Shown: piece after piece, positions 9,073 to 18,972 of the stretch | How positions within the stretch are numbered: the stretch's first letter is position 1 | Layout of the letters: every line of letters starts with the position of its first letter | Source: an uncultured archaeon | GTDB taxonomy: Archaea > Asgardarchaeota > Thorarchaeia > Thorarchaeales > Thorarchaeaceae | Reading direction: 5' to 3' | Assembly (NCBI GenBank): GCA_964473825.1 | Contig: CAYYQL010000017.1 | Coordinates: 1-56,557, forward strand | Length of the DNA: 56,557 nt | Position numbers and translations under genes: made by a program | The notes under the pieces: model-generated | Database searches by the model: none | The model's input: the letters and a program-made list of their open reading frames with translations, nothing else | Told to the model about the DNA's origin: nothing

Positions 9073-9142
9073 CGGGCAAAATCATCGCATCTATTTAATC
9101 CTCTGAGAAACGGTCCTCGTGCGGAATAGATAAGAATCGGCT

Positions 9143-9310
9143 CTACTCTGAGAGGAGACGTTCAAGAGTCTTCTCGATGGAGGCAATGCGATTGTGTAGA
9201 GCCATGATTTCATCAAGGAGGTGCTTGGTCCGCTCCTTCAGCGTCATCTCCCCTGAATCGGTGTGGGGGAATCCGTCTTCATCGCGATCTGCTTCTTTCC
9301 AGACTGGCAT
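9143..9310 (-). CDS. Small (55 aa) coiled-coil protein
   Basis: MPVWKEADRDEDGFPHTDSGEMTLKERTKHLLDEIMALHNRIASIEKTLERLLSE; ATG 15 bp after the MTase stop, heptad pattern; below the ORF-track cutoff. Confidence 0.6.
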   Translation of the reverse strand: MPVWKEADRDEDGFPHTDSGEMTLKERTKHLLDEIMALHNRIASIEKTLERLLSE

Positions 9311-9325
9311 AGCACAACTTCCCTA

Positions 9326-10699
9326 TTATTTCTTGAAATACAATACGCTCTCCCTAAGTTTGAAACGTCTCCTAATTCCCGAGCGCCTGACTCGCCCAAC
9401 TTCCATTCCGATTGGTGTGAAGCCCACTACTTCCGCAATCTCCATGGTGAGAAGATCCGTTGGAACGTAGACATCCAAAATCAGGGAGTCGCCCACGACC
9501 CATGCAACATGTCCGTTATCCCGCATCGCACCGAGGACCTTCTGAAGAACGAGAAATATGTCTTCAAAGTACTTCCGCAAGAGAATCGAGTAGTCTGTCC
9601 GCCTAATACCCACTCGTTCTACCATTCGGGGTCTCACAGCCGACATGAGATAGTCAAGCCACTCATGTTCAAACAGCCTCGGTTGGGAAGCATAGTTTCG
9701 AATCATGCGTCGCGAAACATTGTCACATAGAATCATTCGGTCGCGGAGATGTCTGAGGTCCTTTGTAGACGATGCATCGTCTAACCACCCGATTTCGAGC
9801 TTGTAGTTGCCTGCATAGTCAAACGAATTGAGGTATGGTGGAGAGGTCACGACTGCATCGAAGACATACTCATTAGAGAGGTCTAAAACCTTTGAGTCGG
9901 CTGTATAGACATGACTTGGTGTTTCAATGTCGTATCTATCACGCATGTAATGAAGATCATCTACAATCTGCCGGACTGATTCGTCAAAGAGCCTGATGGG
10001 AAGCTCGTCCTCAAGGTTCTCGGACTTGTCCCAGTCATAGCCAATTGAGGGGGATCGTCTGAGATTGCTTGAGGGTAGCAATATACTGAGGAAGGCGACA
10101 TCCAGATATTGCCGTATGGAGGTGTCCTGCACCTGAAGGAGCTGCTCCTTGATTCGGAGAATATTCTGCAAGATTCCTGGGTTGAACTGCTTGTTGGTCC
10201 TAAGGAACTGGGGCGCTTCAATTCCGGCAGGCGTGTCAAAAGAGAGCTCCTCGTATGCCTGCAGTATGGATGCAGGATTTGTTTTCCAGTCGGTCTTTGC
10301 CCTGAGTATCCTGCAGATTGTAGGATTGAGTTCTATCCCTACGGATTCCAGATTTCTCATCTTCGCACATACGTTGACGGTGCCCGAACCAGCAAAGGGA
10401 TCGAGAATCACATTATCTTCTTCTAAAGAGAACCGGTCAAAACTATTGAACACAAACTCTTCTGAGAAGCCCTCTATGTACTTGGTCCATCGGTGAACAG
10501 GCCGATTTTTGTTGGACACGAAATTGAGGCCTTTGTCATCATCAAGAAACTCGATCACCACCTCGGGATGCCTGAGACTGTACTCATAGAGGTAGGTCTG
10601 GGGGGTCTTGAAGTGAACACCAATCTCTTTGAAGAGCGCAGAATTCTCAGAATAGAAGGACGAGATGTTCTGCGCCAAGTTTTTGTCAACCGTCTGCAT
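9326..10699 (-). CDS. Amino (N4-C/N6-A) DNA methyltransferase, motif I before motif IV
   Basis: VHRW..Y.EGFS, LDPFAGSGT (motif I), VTSPPYLN (motif IV); start set at ATG after a GAGG SD. Confidence 0.88.
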   Translation of the reverse strand: MQTVDKNLAQNISSFYSENSALFKEIGVHFKTPQTYLYEYSLRHPEVVIEFLDDDKGLNFVSNKNRPVHRWTKYIEGFSEEFVFNSFDRFSLEEDNVILDPFAGSGTVNVCAKMRNLESVGIELNPTICRILRAKTDWKTNPASILQAYEELSFDTPAGIEAPQFLRTNKQFNPGILQNILRIKEQLLQVQDTSIRQYLDVAFLSILLPSSNLRRSPSIGYDWDKSENLEDELPIRLFDESVRQIVDDLHYMRDRYDIETPSHVYTADSKVLDLSNEYVFDAVVTSPPYLNSFDYAGNYKLEIGWLDDASSTKDLRHLRDRMILCDNVSRRMIRNYASQPRLFEHEWLDYLMSAVRPRMVERVGIRRTDYSILLRKYFEDIFLVLQKVLGAMRDNGHVAWVVGDSLILDVYVPTDLLTMEIAEVVGFTPIGMEVGRVRRSGIRRRFKLRESVLYFKK

Positions 10700-10862
10700 G
10701 GTAGACCTCTTCCTCGTGAATCGCCCGATATGAAGCCTCTGGGGGTTAAGTGGTGGTCGCACCAAGGCACTTTAAGAGTGGTGGTGGATAATGGACATGG
10801 CCACGACTCTATCTTGACGAAACTACATCCTGTCGCTGACTACGTAGTAAGAAGGTAGTTCA

Positions 10863-11330
10863 ATGAATTCACTGATTGTTTGCAGATCAATACACCATGG
10901 AAACACCAAGAAGGTCGCCTCCGCCATAGCAGAGGTCCTCCAAGCTGAGGTAGTGTCACCGAAGGACGTTTCCTACGGCCAGCTGAGAGAGTACGATCTC
11001 ATTGGGTTTGGCTCGGGAGTCTATTTCAGTAGACTTCACCGAAGCATTGGAGAATTCGTGGACGAGATGCCGGTCATGGAAGGAGGAAAGGCATTTTTGT
11101 TTTTCACCCATGGCCTTGACCATCTCTATTGGGCCAGGCTGGGAAGGCAACCTGTATCAGAAAAGCTCGAGGAAAAGGGCTTTGAAATTGTGGGGGAATT
11201 CGGATGCAAAGGGTTTCAGAGTAATATGCCCTTTAGGCTGATAGGGGGTATCAACAAGGGAAGACCTAACGAAGATGATCTCGAGGAGGCCCGTGTCTTT
11301 GCGACAGAGCTGTTGGCAAGACTGACATAG
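10863..11330 (+). CDS. Flavodoxin family protein
   Basis: SIHHGNTKKVA, YDLIGFGSGVY, GEFGCKG, NKGRPNEDDL. Confidence 0.9.
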   Translation: MNSLIVCRSIHHGNTKKVASAIAEVLQAEVVSPKDVSYGQLREYDLIGFGSGVYFSRLHRSIGEFVDEMPVMEGGKAFLFFTHGLDHLYWARLGRQPVSEKLEEKGFEIVGEFGCKGFQSNMPFRLIGGINKGRPNEDDLEEARVFATELLARLT

Positions 11331-11419
11331 AGTTCTGCCTATATCACAACGGCTATTCCTTTATTTGTATATGACCAGCTGAATAAGGTACTGTATTTCA
11401 TATTGAGGGGGATACTCAA

Positions 11420-12241
11420 TTGACTAAGAATAAGAAACATCACAGACTAGCGCTAAAAGACAGAGTACGAAGGTTGTTCAAGTCAAACGATCTATGTGTG
11501 ACAGCATTTGATGCCTTAGAGAATGACGCAGAAGTGCAGACCATACTAGAAGATACAAACCGAATGGCAATCGACAGGATGGGTTTTTCCGATCATGGTC
11601 ATACGCATTCACTGATTGTCACGAAGAACGGGATTGAGCTTCTTGACAGACTGAGCAAGGGAGTACAACCAACCATAGTTCAGGAGGGGACCGGCACCTT
11701 CGAGGATGCACAATTGATAGTGATGCTTGCAGGATACCTGCATGATATTGGCATGAGCGTCCATAGAGAGAATCATGACCAGTTCTCTGTATTCTTGGCA
11801 AAACCAGTCATAGATAGAATATTGCAAAAGGTATACCCCGGTGACGCCCACAAGCAGATACACATCCGAGGACACGTGCTTCACGCCATGTATTCTCATG
11901 ACAAGGTCATTGTTCCTCATACCATCGAGGCAGGAATCGTTGGAATCGCTGATGCATTAGATATGACTGCTGGTCGTGCTCGGATCCCCTTCGAAGCGGG
12001 AAGTGTGAACATACATTCAGCATCTGCCATGGCAATCCGAAAAGTGAGCATCAAGAAGGGGGAGAACAAGACGGTACGAATTGAAGTGGAGATGACGAAT
12101 GCATCTGGCATCTTTCAGATCCAAGAGCTGTTAGAGAAGAAGGTACGAAGTGCGCCCCAGATGACAGACCATATTGAGCTCTATGCCATCATGTCTGGGA
12201 AGGAAGAAAGGATTCTCTCGGAAGAGATTAGGGTGCTCTAG
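11420..12241 (+). CDS. HD-superfamily phosphohydrolase
   Basis: DHGHTH, YLHDIG, ADALDM..GRAR, IHSAS. Confidence 0.9.
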   Translation: MTKNKKHHRLALKDRVRRLFKSNDLCVTAFDALENDAEVQTILEDTNRMAIDRMGFSDHGHTHSLIVTKNGIELLDRLSKGVQPTIVQEGTGTFEDAQLIVMLAGYLHDIGMSVHRENHDQFSVFLAKPVIDRILQKVYPGDAHKQIHIRGHVLHAMYSHDKVIVPHTIEAGIVGIADALDMTAGRARIPFEAGSVNIHSASAMAIRKVSIKKGENKTVRIEVEMTNASGIFQIQELLEKKVRSAPQMTDHIELYAIMSGKEERILSEEIRVL

Positions 12242-12394
12242 AGGGGTTGTCCCTTTTTATTGCCATTTTTGAATGATTGAGCTCAAGAAACTTTCGAACT
12301 CGTTCACTTTTCAAAAGGTATATGTGAGAATATTATCACGATGCACAGCGACTGCCGACAGTATATCTTGGAGAAACACTAAGAGACGATTCCT

Positions 12395-12832
12395 ATGAAG
12401 CTTGACGCAATAGATAAAAAGATCATAAAAATGCTACAGGAAGACGGCCGAAGGTCTTACTCAGAGATTGCTGAGGAGGTAGAGCGAACAGAAGTCACAA
12501 TACGGAGACGTGTACGACAGCTTGTGAACCAGGGTATAATCAAGAGATTCACAGTAGTACTCGATCCCATGAAGATTGGACCACGCATTCGAGCTATCAT
12601 CAGGGTGAAGACCATGATGAAACAGGCTACCGTCATGGCTGAGGAGATAAAGGGCTATGACGAAGTGGATGAGGCATACTTCTTGGACGGAGCTTGTGGA
12701 CTGATGTTGAAAGTCACAGTGGATGACCTTAACGAGCTGAGGAATTTCTTGGAGAAACGGCTGGGCAAAGTTCCTGGCGTTGGTGAAGTTGAAACTTGTA
12801 TTGTTCTAGAGACTATCAAGTCGCCCCTGTAA
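12395..12832 (+). CDS. Lrp/AsnC transcriptional regulator
   Basis: LDAIDKKIIKMLQEDGRRSYSEIA HTH plus RAM domain. Confidence 0.93.
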   Translation: MKLDAIDKKIIKMLQEDGRRSYSEIAEEVERTEVTIRRRVRQLVNQGIIKRFTVVLDPMKIGPRIRAIIRVKTMMKQATVMAEEIKGYDEVDEAYFLDGACGLMLKVTVDDLNELRNFLEKRLGKVPGVGEVETCIVLETIKSPL

Positions 12833-12845
12833 CCGGGGGGTCTGA

Positions 12846-13265
12846 ATGGAACTAGAAGAGTTTGTCTTGACGCAGAACATGCTTGATGCTATGTTGGCCC
12901 ATGCAGAGTTCTGGTATCCAAGGGAAGGAGTAGCACTTCTGTTCGGACACACATCTAACCAGAGAAGTATTGCTGAGCGGGTTGCATTGATGGAAAACTC
13001 GGCTGCTAGCATGGTCACCTTTAGAGTAGAACCTGAAGAACAATACAGACTGCTTGTTGAGGCAGAAGAGAGAGGGGAAAAGATGGTTGGAATATTTCAT
13101 AGCCACCCAGCTCCGGTTTACCCATCCAACACGGACTTGGAAAACATGCGCCTCAATCCTGTCGTTTGGATTATTGCGTCTAAGAGAAGGGGAATATGGG
13201 AGTATGATTCTTTCGTTCTAGCAGGGGATAATACAGCATGTCAAATCAAGACTAGCATCGAGTAG
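12846..13265 (+). CDS. JAMM/MPN+ (Mov34) metalloprotease, desampylase-like
   Basis: PRE..., FHSHP...PSNTD JAMM motif. Confidence 0.92.
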   Translation: MELEEFVLTQNMLDAMLAHAEFWYPREGVALLFGHTSNQRSIAERVALMENSAASMVTFRVEPEEQYRLLVEAEERGEKMVGIFHSHPAPVYPSNTDLENMRLNPVVWIIASKRRGIWEYDSFVLAGDNTACQIKTSIE

Positions 13266-13270
13266 TGCCT

Positions 13271-13576
13271 CTACTTCAAACTGCGCAAGGAACCTGAAAG
13301 CCTCAAGGGTTGAAATGAAACATCGGTCTTGCCAATCCTGTTCAGCATGCATGCTGAAGCAACCACTTGGTTGAGGCTTTCCAGATTGCACTGCAAAATA
13401 CCTTTTCCGTTCTCCGGATTGTATTCATCAAGATAGAGTTTAGATGTGGCAACATACACCTCTCCGTATAGTGTGTGCAGGCTACCCCTGATGGCAGAAA
13501 CGAGTTGTCGTTCCGTCACTTGTGGTCCTGATCCGTGTAGCTTGAACAGGAGATGGCGTTTCTTCTCCATCTTCAT
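13271..13576 (-). CDS. rnp2: RNase P protein Pop5/Rpp14
   Basis: KRHLLF, LYGE, GILQC, SGSLRSL; downstream of Rpp30. Confidence 0.85.
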   Translation of the reverse strand: MKMEKKRHLLFKLHGSGPQVTERQLVSAIRGSLHTLYGEVYVATSKLYLDEYNPENGKGILQCNLESLNQVVASACMLNRIGKTDVSFQPLRLSGSLRSLK

Positions 13577-13578
13577 CT

Positions 13579-14262
13579 CTATTTGTCCTCCTTCACAATC
13601 TCGAGTCCTGGAGCGATATATCCCTCTGACATCCTGTGGCGATTGCGAGAAACTATCTCTCCAGGCATCTCGAGAGCTGCCTTTCCAGCCTCTTCGAATG
13701 GCATCCCCAAGACCGTACCGATGAATTGCAGTGCCTTAGGTGATCGGAGCGAGAGAGGGCGGGAGGCACCACTGGACAGCACAATGGACATCCCGGCATC
13801 CAGTGCAACAGATACAGCCTCTCTACAAGTCTTGATGATTCTGGATCTTTGCAGACCGTCGCTGTGGAGAAGGGGGTCAATGCAAATCTCGAGAGCAGTT
13901 TCGTTCTCCGCAGCGAGCCTGGCAGTTGTCCTTCGTAGCTGTGATTGTGTTCCTCCTACTTGGAGTGTTAAGAGATCGACTCTGGAGTCTTCAGCAGCCC
14001 AGTTTGCCGTAAGGACACCTCTGAGAGGGAGTGCAACTATCAGAGAATGCTTTCTATGTTGCCCCGCTTGGGTCTTTATGCCTTGGAGGGCTCTGCTAGT
14101 GATATCCGTTCGGGATAAAATGGGAATGCTCGGAGCCTCCTCGGCGCTCATTTTGAGATTGGTAGAAATCGCAACTGCACCAAAACCTAAGGCATGTGCA
14201 ATACGCAGCATCTCATCCAACAGCTTGCTTGTATCAGCCTTTATGTTGACATCAATCAGCAC
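13579..14262 (-). CDS. rnp3: RNase P protein Rpp30
   Basis: ANWAAEDSRVDLL, ARLAAEN..ALEI, SSGA...LRSP; GTG start after GGAGG. Confidence 0.88.
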   Translation of the reverse strand: MLIDVNIKADTSKLLDEMLRIAHALGFGAVAISTNLKMSAEEAPSIPILSRTDITSRALQGIKTQAGQHRKHSLIVALPLRGVLTANWAAEDSRVDLLTLQVGGTQSQLRRTTARLAAENETALEICIDPLLHSDGLQRSRIIKTCREAVSVALDAGMSIVLSSGASRPLSLRSPKALQFIGTVLGMPFEEAGKAALEMPGEIVSRNRHRMSEGYIAPGLEIVKEDK

Positions 14263-14725
14263 GTTCTGGAGCCTCCACTGCGTCAAGCTTCTGTGTCAAG
14301 AACACTTTGACGTCCTCGTGTTCGCACCGAGGGTACTCAATGAGATGAAGCTGGAAGTTGATAAGGTCTGGCCCTTCGGTCAGCTTGACGTCCTCTAAAT
14401 AGGCGGCCTGCTTATCAAAACGGAAATACACCCTGCAGCGATCGTCGATTCTACGTTCTAGGGTGCTCCTGACATAGTAGCGATCACCTTCCGACAGTCG
14501 GGCAAAGATATGCTCCAGAGTTCTATTGCATGCCTTCTTGTTTTCCAGCGCCACCTCGAAGACAACAATGGTCAGACCAAGATGGCTCTCAGTTTCCTCA
14601 ACTTCGAGCTCGAGTTTCTCATAGACATCCTCAGGGAATAGCTCGAGCAGCGCAGATTCTACTCGTTCTGGCACTTCGGTCGTATAGGCATATGCACGGG
14701 CCTCAATCCTTCTTATGAAAGGCAT
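14252..14725 (-). CDS. DUF54 / COG1325 predicted RNA-binding protein of the exosome superoperon
   Basis: TEVPERV..AL, ESHLG..I, YFRFDKQAAY; context eL15-Rpp30-Pop5. Confidence 0.85.
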   Translation of the reverse strand: MPFIRRIEARAYAYTTEVPERVESALLELFPEDVYEKLELEVEETESHLGLTIVVFEVALENKKACNRTLEHIFARLSEGDRYYVRSTLERRIDDRCRVYFRFDKQAAYLEDVKLTEGPDLINFQLHLIEYPRCEHEDVKVFLTQKLDAVEAPERAD

Positions 14726-14749
14726 CTCGGTTCCAGCCAGTTCTCAGGC

Positions 14750-15328
14750 CTACTTGCCTAAGTTGCCCTTTGCCCCAAGAGAGGGACGAAGTTTCTCTGC
14801 GCCTCGACCTTTCTTACGGAGCCCTCTGCTTCGCTTCCCTGCAGATGTAAGACCACGATTCACTCGACCCTTCTGTGACGGAGCACAGATCCAGTTAATC
14901 TCAGAATCATTGTAAATGTTGGGGTGATCGGGGTCAACCAGAATGATTTCATAGAACGCCAGTTTGTGATCTGAGCCAATCCAATAAGAGTTCAAGACTC
15001 GCAAGTTCGGATACTTCTTTGCAACACGTTCCTCGGCAATCCACTGCCTAGATTTTTGAGGTGTGTATTTGTTAACACCTAGGCTTCTAGGCTTTCGACC
15101 CATCCGCGGCCGGGGTTTTTCTCTAGGGCCTCTTCCTATCTTGATCCTGACGACCACATAGCCCTGTTTTGCCTTGTACCCCAGCGACCGTGCGCGTGCA
15201 ATCCTTGTTGGTTTATCCAGTCTTACAATACTACCCTGCTTTCGCCAGACGATGAGACGATTCCTTACAAGCTCAGAGCGTTCTTTCTGTTGATCAATCC
15301 AAGTCTTCTGGATATATTTGTATGCCAA
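14750..15328 (-). CDS. rpl15e: 50S ribosomal protein eL15
   Basis: PTRIARARSLGYKAKQG, NLRVLNSYW, RGLTSAG; TTG start. Confidence 0.97.
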   Translation of the reverse strand: MAYKYIQKTWIDQQKERSELVRNRLIVWRKQGSIVRLDKPTRIARARSLGYKAKQGYVVVRIKIGRGPREKPRPRMGRKPRSLGVNKYTPQKSRQWIAEERVAKKYPNLRVLNSYWIGSDHKLAFYEIILVDPDHPNIYNDSEINWICAPSQKGRVNRGLTSAGKRSRGLRKKGRGAEKLRPSLGAKGNLGK

Positions 15329-15364
15329 ATTCGATATCTCCTTCCTTTGTAGTAATAATATTCA

Positions 15365-15460
15365 CTTTGTTTGTGGTTCAGCCCAGCATCTGGGCCACAT
15401 CCCGTGCGGACGGATCCGCCAACACAAAGGAATAGGAGGCCTCATAACGAGGCCACCCTA
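15365..15460 (-). promoter_or_regulatory. Structured eL15 mRNA leader (r-leader candidate)
   Basis: Outer stem CTTTGTGTTG/CAAACAAAG enclosing GCGGA-TCCG-TCCGC and GTG-GCCCAG-ATG-CTGGGC-TGAAC-CAC. Confidence 0.65.
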
Positions 15461-15595
15461 ATCGCTAGACAGTCCACTTAAAATTGTAACGGTTTGGAGA
15501 ATCCAGTAAGAGGGATTGAGAAGTGCGGTCAGTTTCTGTCCCGAAAGGAAAACCAAAACTGACCTTGAGCTACTTCTCCTTATCCTTGTGTCGGT

Positions 15596-16513
15596 CTACT
15601 TGAATTCGTTGATGACCTTTTCAGCAGTCAGTTCACCGACTCGGACTTGGGCCTCAGAAGTTGATGATGCCAAGTGAGGCGTTGCGATGAGTTTCGGATG
15701 CTTGACGAGCTCCCAGTTCTTAGGGGGTTCATCCACATAGACATCCAATGCAGCACCGGCAATCATATCCTGTTCTAGAGCCTTCAGTAATGCCTCCTCG
15801 TCGACAACACCGCCTCGAGCCGTGTTGATCAAGTAGGCAGTTTCCTTCATCCGTTTGAGCTCTTCGAGTCCAATCATGCCTTCGGTTTCGGGAACCAAAG
15901 GAACATTGACTGTCAGGTAATCGGACTCCTCGATAAGTTGATTGCGGGATACCTGACGCGCTCCGACTTCAGCGCACTCTTCTTCACGACCGGGTCGGTC
16001 CTTCTTCACAATCAAGACGTCCATTGCCAAACAGGTGCCCCGTCGAGCAATCTCCTTCCCGATTCGACCAAAGCCGATGATACCTAGTTTCTTCTGCCAT
16101 AGCTCCGTGCCTCTAAGTATCTTCTTGTTCCATTTCTCCTCTTTCATCGAAGAGTCGGCCTGGGTCACGTTCCTTGCCAAGGCGAACATCAAGGCGAAGA
16201 CCATCTCTGCCACTGAAACAGTTGGAGCCTCAGGCGTGTTCATCACCTTGACTCCTACCTCTTCAGCGGCTTCAATATCAATATTATCCAAGCCCACTCC
16301 TGCGCGCACAATCAACTTCAGAGCATCGGCGGCTTCCAGAACTTCCTTCGTAATCTTGGTTGCGCTACGTACAATGACACAGTCAAATCCTAGTATCTGT
16401 TCAGAGATAGGACCGTCTGTGTTTTTGTTTCGGACAACAACTTCGAATCCTGCATCTTCGATTCGCTTCTGGGCAGAAGCAGCTATTGGATCAGCAATGA
16501 GTACTCGCACCAT
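15596..16513 (-). CDS. serA: D-3-phosphoglycerate dehydrogenase-like D-2-hydroxyacid dehydrogenase (no ACT domain)
   Basis: RAGVGLDNID, GIIGFGRIG, INTARGG, ALDVY..EPP, TPHL. Confidence 0.85.
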   Translation of the reverse strand: MVRVLIADPIAASAQKRIEDAGFEVVVRNKNTDGPISEQILGFDCVIVRSATKITKEVLEAADALKLIVRAGVGLDNIDIEAAEEVGVKVMNTPEAPTVSVAEMVFALMFALARNVTQADSSMKEEKWNKKILRGTELWQKKLGIIGFGRIGKEIARRGTCLAMDVLIVKKDRPGREEECAEVGARQVSRNQLIEESDYLTVNVPLVPETEGMIGLEELKRMKETAYLINTARGGVVDEEALLKALEQDMIAGAALDVYVDEPPKNWELVKHPKLIATPHLASSTSEAQVRVGELTAEKVINEFK

Positions 16514-16616
16514 ATGTCTAACCTTCTTCGTAGGGTATGTTCTATGCCCTCAGAGCCCTATCTTAAACTTAGCGTCCTCGACAAAGAAATAAGACTGTGT
16601 CACCTAGACTAATACT

Positions 16617-17156
16617 ATGAAGATAGAGAAGAAACCATCCACTGCACTGGTCCCCTGTCCTGCGGTGCTACTCAGCGTGGCAGATGACAAGCGACCGAAC
16701 ATCATCACCTTATCCTGGGCAGCAAATGTGTGCAGCAATCCACCCACTTTGGTTGTTGGTATAAGGCCAAATCGTTTCAGTCATGGTCTAGTGAAGGGAG
16801 CCGGAGATTTTGTTGTTAACATACCCTCAGTGGACCTGATTAAAGCAACAATCTTCTGTGGAAGTAAGTCTGGAAGAGACTATAACAAATTCGAGGAGTG
16901 TAATCTGACAGCCGCAGCTTCGTCCAAGGTAACAAGCCCGATGATAGAGGAATGTCCAATCAACATCGAATGCAAGACAGAGAAGATTGTGAATCTAGGG
17001 GCTCACGACCTGTTCATCGCTGAGATTCTGGCAGTCCACATGGACGAATCCATTCTGGACAGCAGCGGCAGATTCGACCCTGCAAAAGCAAACCTATTCA
17101 CGTATCTTCCTCTCGCTGCGGAGTATTGGGCACTGGGAGAGAGACTTGCCCAATAA
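16617..17156 (+). CDS. Flavin reductase family protein
   Basis: PCPAVL, NIITLSW, FCGSKSGRDYNKF, IEECP.NIEC, GAHDLF. Confidence 0.9.
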   Translation: MKIEKKPSTALVPCPAVLLSVADDKRPNIITLSWAANVCSNPPTLVVGIRPNRFSHGLVKGAGDFVVNIPSVDLIKATIFCGSKSGRDYNKFEECNLTAAASSKVTSPMIEECPINIECKTEKIVNLGAHDLFIAEILAVHMDESILDSSGRFDPAKANLFTYLPLAAEYWALGERLAQ

Positions 17157-17188
17157 TAGTCGGATAGTTAGAGACCGCTTCGACGGTC

Positions 17189-18406
17189 CTACTTGCTCCC
17201 CTTTGTGCTCACAATCTTGATGACATCCCTATCTTGGAGAACGTGCTTCTCTGATATCCTCATCTTTGTCCGAGCATCGATCGCATGAAGAAACGACTCC
17301 ATGAGGTCTGAGTGGACATATCCTGCAAATTCCTTCGCAGTAGTCCCTCTGGGCACCAGGAATACATCGGGAAGTACATTGCCTTCGCTGTCACTCAGGG
17401 TATTGACGTCATGAACTGGATACACTGTTATCATATCAAGGTGCTCAAACACTGCCTTATTGAGAATCTCCTGTACGCCGGTGCCACCGAACTTCGACAG
17501 GAGTTCATCTTTGAGTCGTTGAAGCTGAGCGGTTTCCTCATTGCTCAGAGAGTCTGGATCCAGAATCTCAAAGGCATCACTACCTGGAACATAAGAGATG
17601 ATTCCTTTCCGATCCATATCCTTGAGTGCCTTCTCGGCAAGAGCACTGACCGGGACAACTAATCGATCAGAAAACTCCTCCTTCATCTTTTCATAGTTGG
17701 TTTCAGCAGTAGGTCGGTCAATCTTGTTTGCGGCGATTATGATCGGCTTTGCAATCTGCTGGATACTCGAGGAAAAGCGACGAAGGTCCTCTTCCGCCCA
17801 CTTGTCTGCAGACTCTGCTTTCAGTTCTGAGTTTCGAATCGCCTTGAGTATATGACTGCGTTGCACTTTGAGTCCAGAGAGTTTTTCAAGAAGCAATTCG
17901 TCAAGCTTAGCCCCCTCTGCACGGACTCTTCCACTGATTCTGCGCCAGTCCTTGGATATTATGCCAAGAATCCACTCGGTCAGTTCCTGCTCCAGCCAAC
18001 GGACATCTTCTGCAGGGTCGTATGTTCCTGGGGCAACTTCCTGTCCCTCCGCATCCAGAGTGCCACTGCAATCAACAATGTGGATAAGAACATCAGCCTG
18101 TCGGAGATCATCCAAGAACTTGTTGCCCATGCCCCTACCTTCATGTGCCCCGGGCACAAGACCGGCAACATCTATCAGCTTGACTGGAATTAACCGTATT
18201 CCCTCGATGCATATCGAGTTCTGTGGGCTGTCCTTTACATCAAAATCCAGACAGGCACACTTGGCTCTTACGTGGGTGACTCCGACATTGGCATCTATTG
18301 TGGTAAATGGATAGCTACCGACTTTGAAATCAGTCATGCAAGCCGCATTGGTAAAGGAAGTCTTCCCACATGAGGGCTTTCCGACAACGCCAACACTAAA
18401 TCCCAT
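17189..18406 (-). CDS. ychF: YchF/Ola1 OBG-family ATPase/GTPase
   Basis: GKPSCGKT, YPFTTI, DVAGLVPGAHEGRGMGN, ANKID, C-terminal TGS. Confidence 0.93.
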   Translation of the reverse strand: MGFSVGVVGKPSCGKTSFTNAACMTDFKVGSYPFTTIDANVGVTHVRAKCACLDFDVKDSPQNSICIEGIRLIPVKLIDVAGLVPGAHEGRGMGNKFLDDLRQADVLIHIVDCSGTLDAEGQEVAPGTYDPAEDVRWLEQELTEWILGIISKDWRRISGRVRAEGAKLDELLLEKLSGLKVQRSHILKAIRNSELKAESADKWAEEDLRRFSSSIQQIAKPIIIAANKIDRPTAETNYEKMKEEFSDRLVVPVSALAEKALKDMDRKGIISYVPGSDAFEILDPDSLSNEETAQLQRLKDELLSKFGGTGVQEILNKAVFEHLDMITVYPVHDVNTLSDSEGNVLPDVFLVPRGTTAKEFAGYVHSDLMESFLHAIDARTKMRISEKHVLQDRDVIKIVSTKGSK

Positions 18407-18548
18407 CTCTTTCTTCACTCCAGATAGGAGATGCAAGGGGAGCAACACGAAATAAAGCTCACCTATTGCTTATGATTAATGCCTCAGCCGATGACTTTTT
18501 ATGAATCAAGATACGAATCATAATTCGTAATACAATGGAAGTGTACAA

Positions 18549-18971
18549 ATGAAAGTATGTGTGACTTCAAGTGGGGCGGATTTGGCCTCAGCAGTAGATC
18601 CGAGATTTGGGCGGTGCGCGTATTTCATAATAGTCGATACCGACACAATGCAGTCTAGCGCAATTGAGAATGACGCGGCGATGGCCTCGGGTGGAGCAGG
18701 AATACGTGCGGCCCAGACGGTGGCATCCACAGGTGTGGAAGCTGTGATAACTGGCAGTGTGGGGCCAAATGCGTATCCGGCTCTTCAGAGCTCGGGCATC
18801 AAAATCATGACTGGTGCCGTGGGCACTGTCCGTGAAACGATACAGATGATGAAACAAGACCAATTGCAGGAGAATGCAACACCCGGCCCTGCACACCGTG
18901 GAATGGGTATGGGACAAGGGCGCGGAATGGGCGGAGGCCGTGGTCAAGGAAGAGGAAGGAGAAATATGTAA
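18549..18971 (+). CDS. NifB/NifX-family (dinitrogenase FeMo-co-like domain) protein with Gly/Arg tail
   Basis: VDPRFGRCAYF, GGAGIRAAQ, G.VGPNA. Confidence 0.9.
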   Translation: MKVCVTSSGADLASAVDPRFGRCAYFIIVDTDTMQSSAIENDAAMASGGAGIRAAQTVASTGVEAVITGSVGPNAYPALQSSGIKIMTGAVGTVRETIQMMKQDQLQENATPGPAHRGMGMGQGRGMGGGRGQGRGRRNM

Positions 18972-18972
18972 A

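Noticed and set aside
13553-14398. Long antisense ORFs (also 16035-16592, 35199-35852, 54794-55387)
   Set aside because: Shadows of well-supported genes on the opposite strand.
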